A stretch of DNA of 64,000 nucleotides, from positions 62,001-126,000 of the forward strand of contig JAUGWO010000067.1 in NCBI GenBank assembly GCA_049724395.1, in the 5' to 3' direction. The notes beneath the pieces were generated by a model that was not told the DNA's origin, did no database searches, and saw only the letters and a program-made list of their open reading frames with translations. Positions 63,065 to 64,000 of this stretch are shown one piece after another. A program made the position numbers and the translations under genes. The stretch comes from Spongospora subterranea f. sp. subterranea (lineage: Eukaryota). The stretch's first letter is position 1, and each line of letters opens with the position of its first letter.

Positions 63065-63620
63065 TGCTAAACATGGCCAGTGTGGCGCCATTACTGTATT
63101 GTCCTTACGCCATCCATGATGGTCTGATTGAACATTTTAGAGTTAGTGATATTGATAAGATATAATCGGATGTACTGTATCAGTGGCAGTCAACTTTAAA
63201 GATCAGACCGGAAATACTCCTTTCCTTGTGGCAATGGAAAACAATCAGCAAGGTATAAGGGACAAAAAAATTGTTCGATGTCAATATGATGTGAGATGGC
63301 GCTTCATTGCTGCAATATTTCTTACGTCAGTCCCGTAAATATATTTGTTTTATAATAAGTGTTCTGGTGTTAGGGTTGAATCTGTCGAAATACTGGTAGA
63401 CTGGTAGATTTGGCCGACTCAAGATATTTCGACGCAAACTGTTCTGGTCAATCGAATCACATTTGTGAACTCTGTGTATAGTTGTAGTGGTCAAGTATCT
63501 GTTGAGTAAAGGTGCTGATCAGGGGCGCCATCATTAGTCCTGTATCTCACCGCTGGGCATCGCAAGCAAGATACCGTCATTGTGCTATGAAAATGCAAAC
63601 AATTCGTTCTACAAGGTGTT
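63065..63620 (+). pseudogene. Inverted, degenerate ankyrin gene relic
   Basis: GCTAAACATGGCCAGT..GGCGCCATTACTGTATTGTC.. is the reverse complement of the exon/intron at ~52400-52440, followed by decayed downstream exons. Confidence 0.75.
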
Positions 63621-63739
63621 CCCGTTCATTTGACAGTACAGGTGCTCCACACACTTTTGGACACGAGAAACCGCCATAAGAACACAATGTAAAACGAATA
63701 GTTCTCATATCCCAACACAGTTATGGTTTCCTGGTGGTC

Positions 63740-64000
63740 AAATCCCTTCGCGAGATCCATTGTTAACGTACGTGGTTTTACCACGAAGACACTGATCAGC
63801 ACTTTTTACTCGCCAGATACTTGACCATTTCGACCTCAACTCACAGAGTTCCCTTGGAGTATGACAAACAACTGTGCCGAGGATGAGTTCAACCGTCACT
63901 TCCGTAGCCAGAACAACTGCGCACGGACTTTTCCCATATCAATTCCTATATTAGGGTCAGTGGCCATATATGCAAATGTACGGACCTCTCACACTGTTCC
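63740..64000 (-). pseudogene. Further ankyrin paralog fragment, possibly continuing beyond the window
   Basis: VEMVKYLASK..DQCLR ankyrin-like segment, homologous to 56895-57057. Confidence 0.55.

Noticed and set aside
48690..63180. Scattered TACTGTA/TACAGTA as Tc1 excision footprints
   Set aside because: The count is near chance expectation for a 7-mer in 64 kb.
1..64000. tRNA/rRNA genes or an alternative genetic code
   Set aside because: No RNA gene was recognised. Stops within genes are explained by short introns under the standard code.

Overview
Gene-dense eukaryotic genomic DNA with many short (~40-70 nt) spliceosomal introns; it is not prokaryotic, and the six-frame ORFs are exon fragments. 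Gene content (flagellar-type TTLL, tandem GPI-anchored CE4 chitin deacetylase-like genes, signal-peptide ankyrin gene family) fits a plasmodiophorid/phytomyxid protist such as Spongospora, which is inference only. Positions 1-50 kb carry mostly housekeeping genes: COG1 (3' part), a PHD protein, ATM/Tel1, two CE4 paralogs, coiled-coil proteins, mid-SUN, EFR3, TTLL11-like, a RAP-domain protein, a UVR coiled-coil protein, RAE1 and EMC10. Small Gypsy, Penelope-like and Copia relics lie between them. Positions 50.6-64 kb are an accessory, effector-like zone with a tandem family of putatively secreted ankyrin genes, relic fragments in both orientations and unrelated minisatellites. The main observation is that these ankyrin genes are built almost wholly from symmetric phase-2/phase-2 exons, roughly one repeat per exon. 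The paralogs differ by a 4-exon cassette gained or lost at a 24-bp identity block and by optional micro-exons in a repeat loop, which suggests a modular exon-shuffling diversification system. All exon models were made by hand from GT/GC-AG signals and need RNA-seq confirmation.
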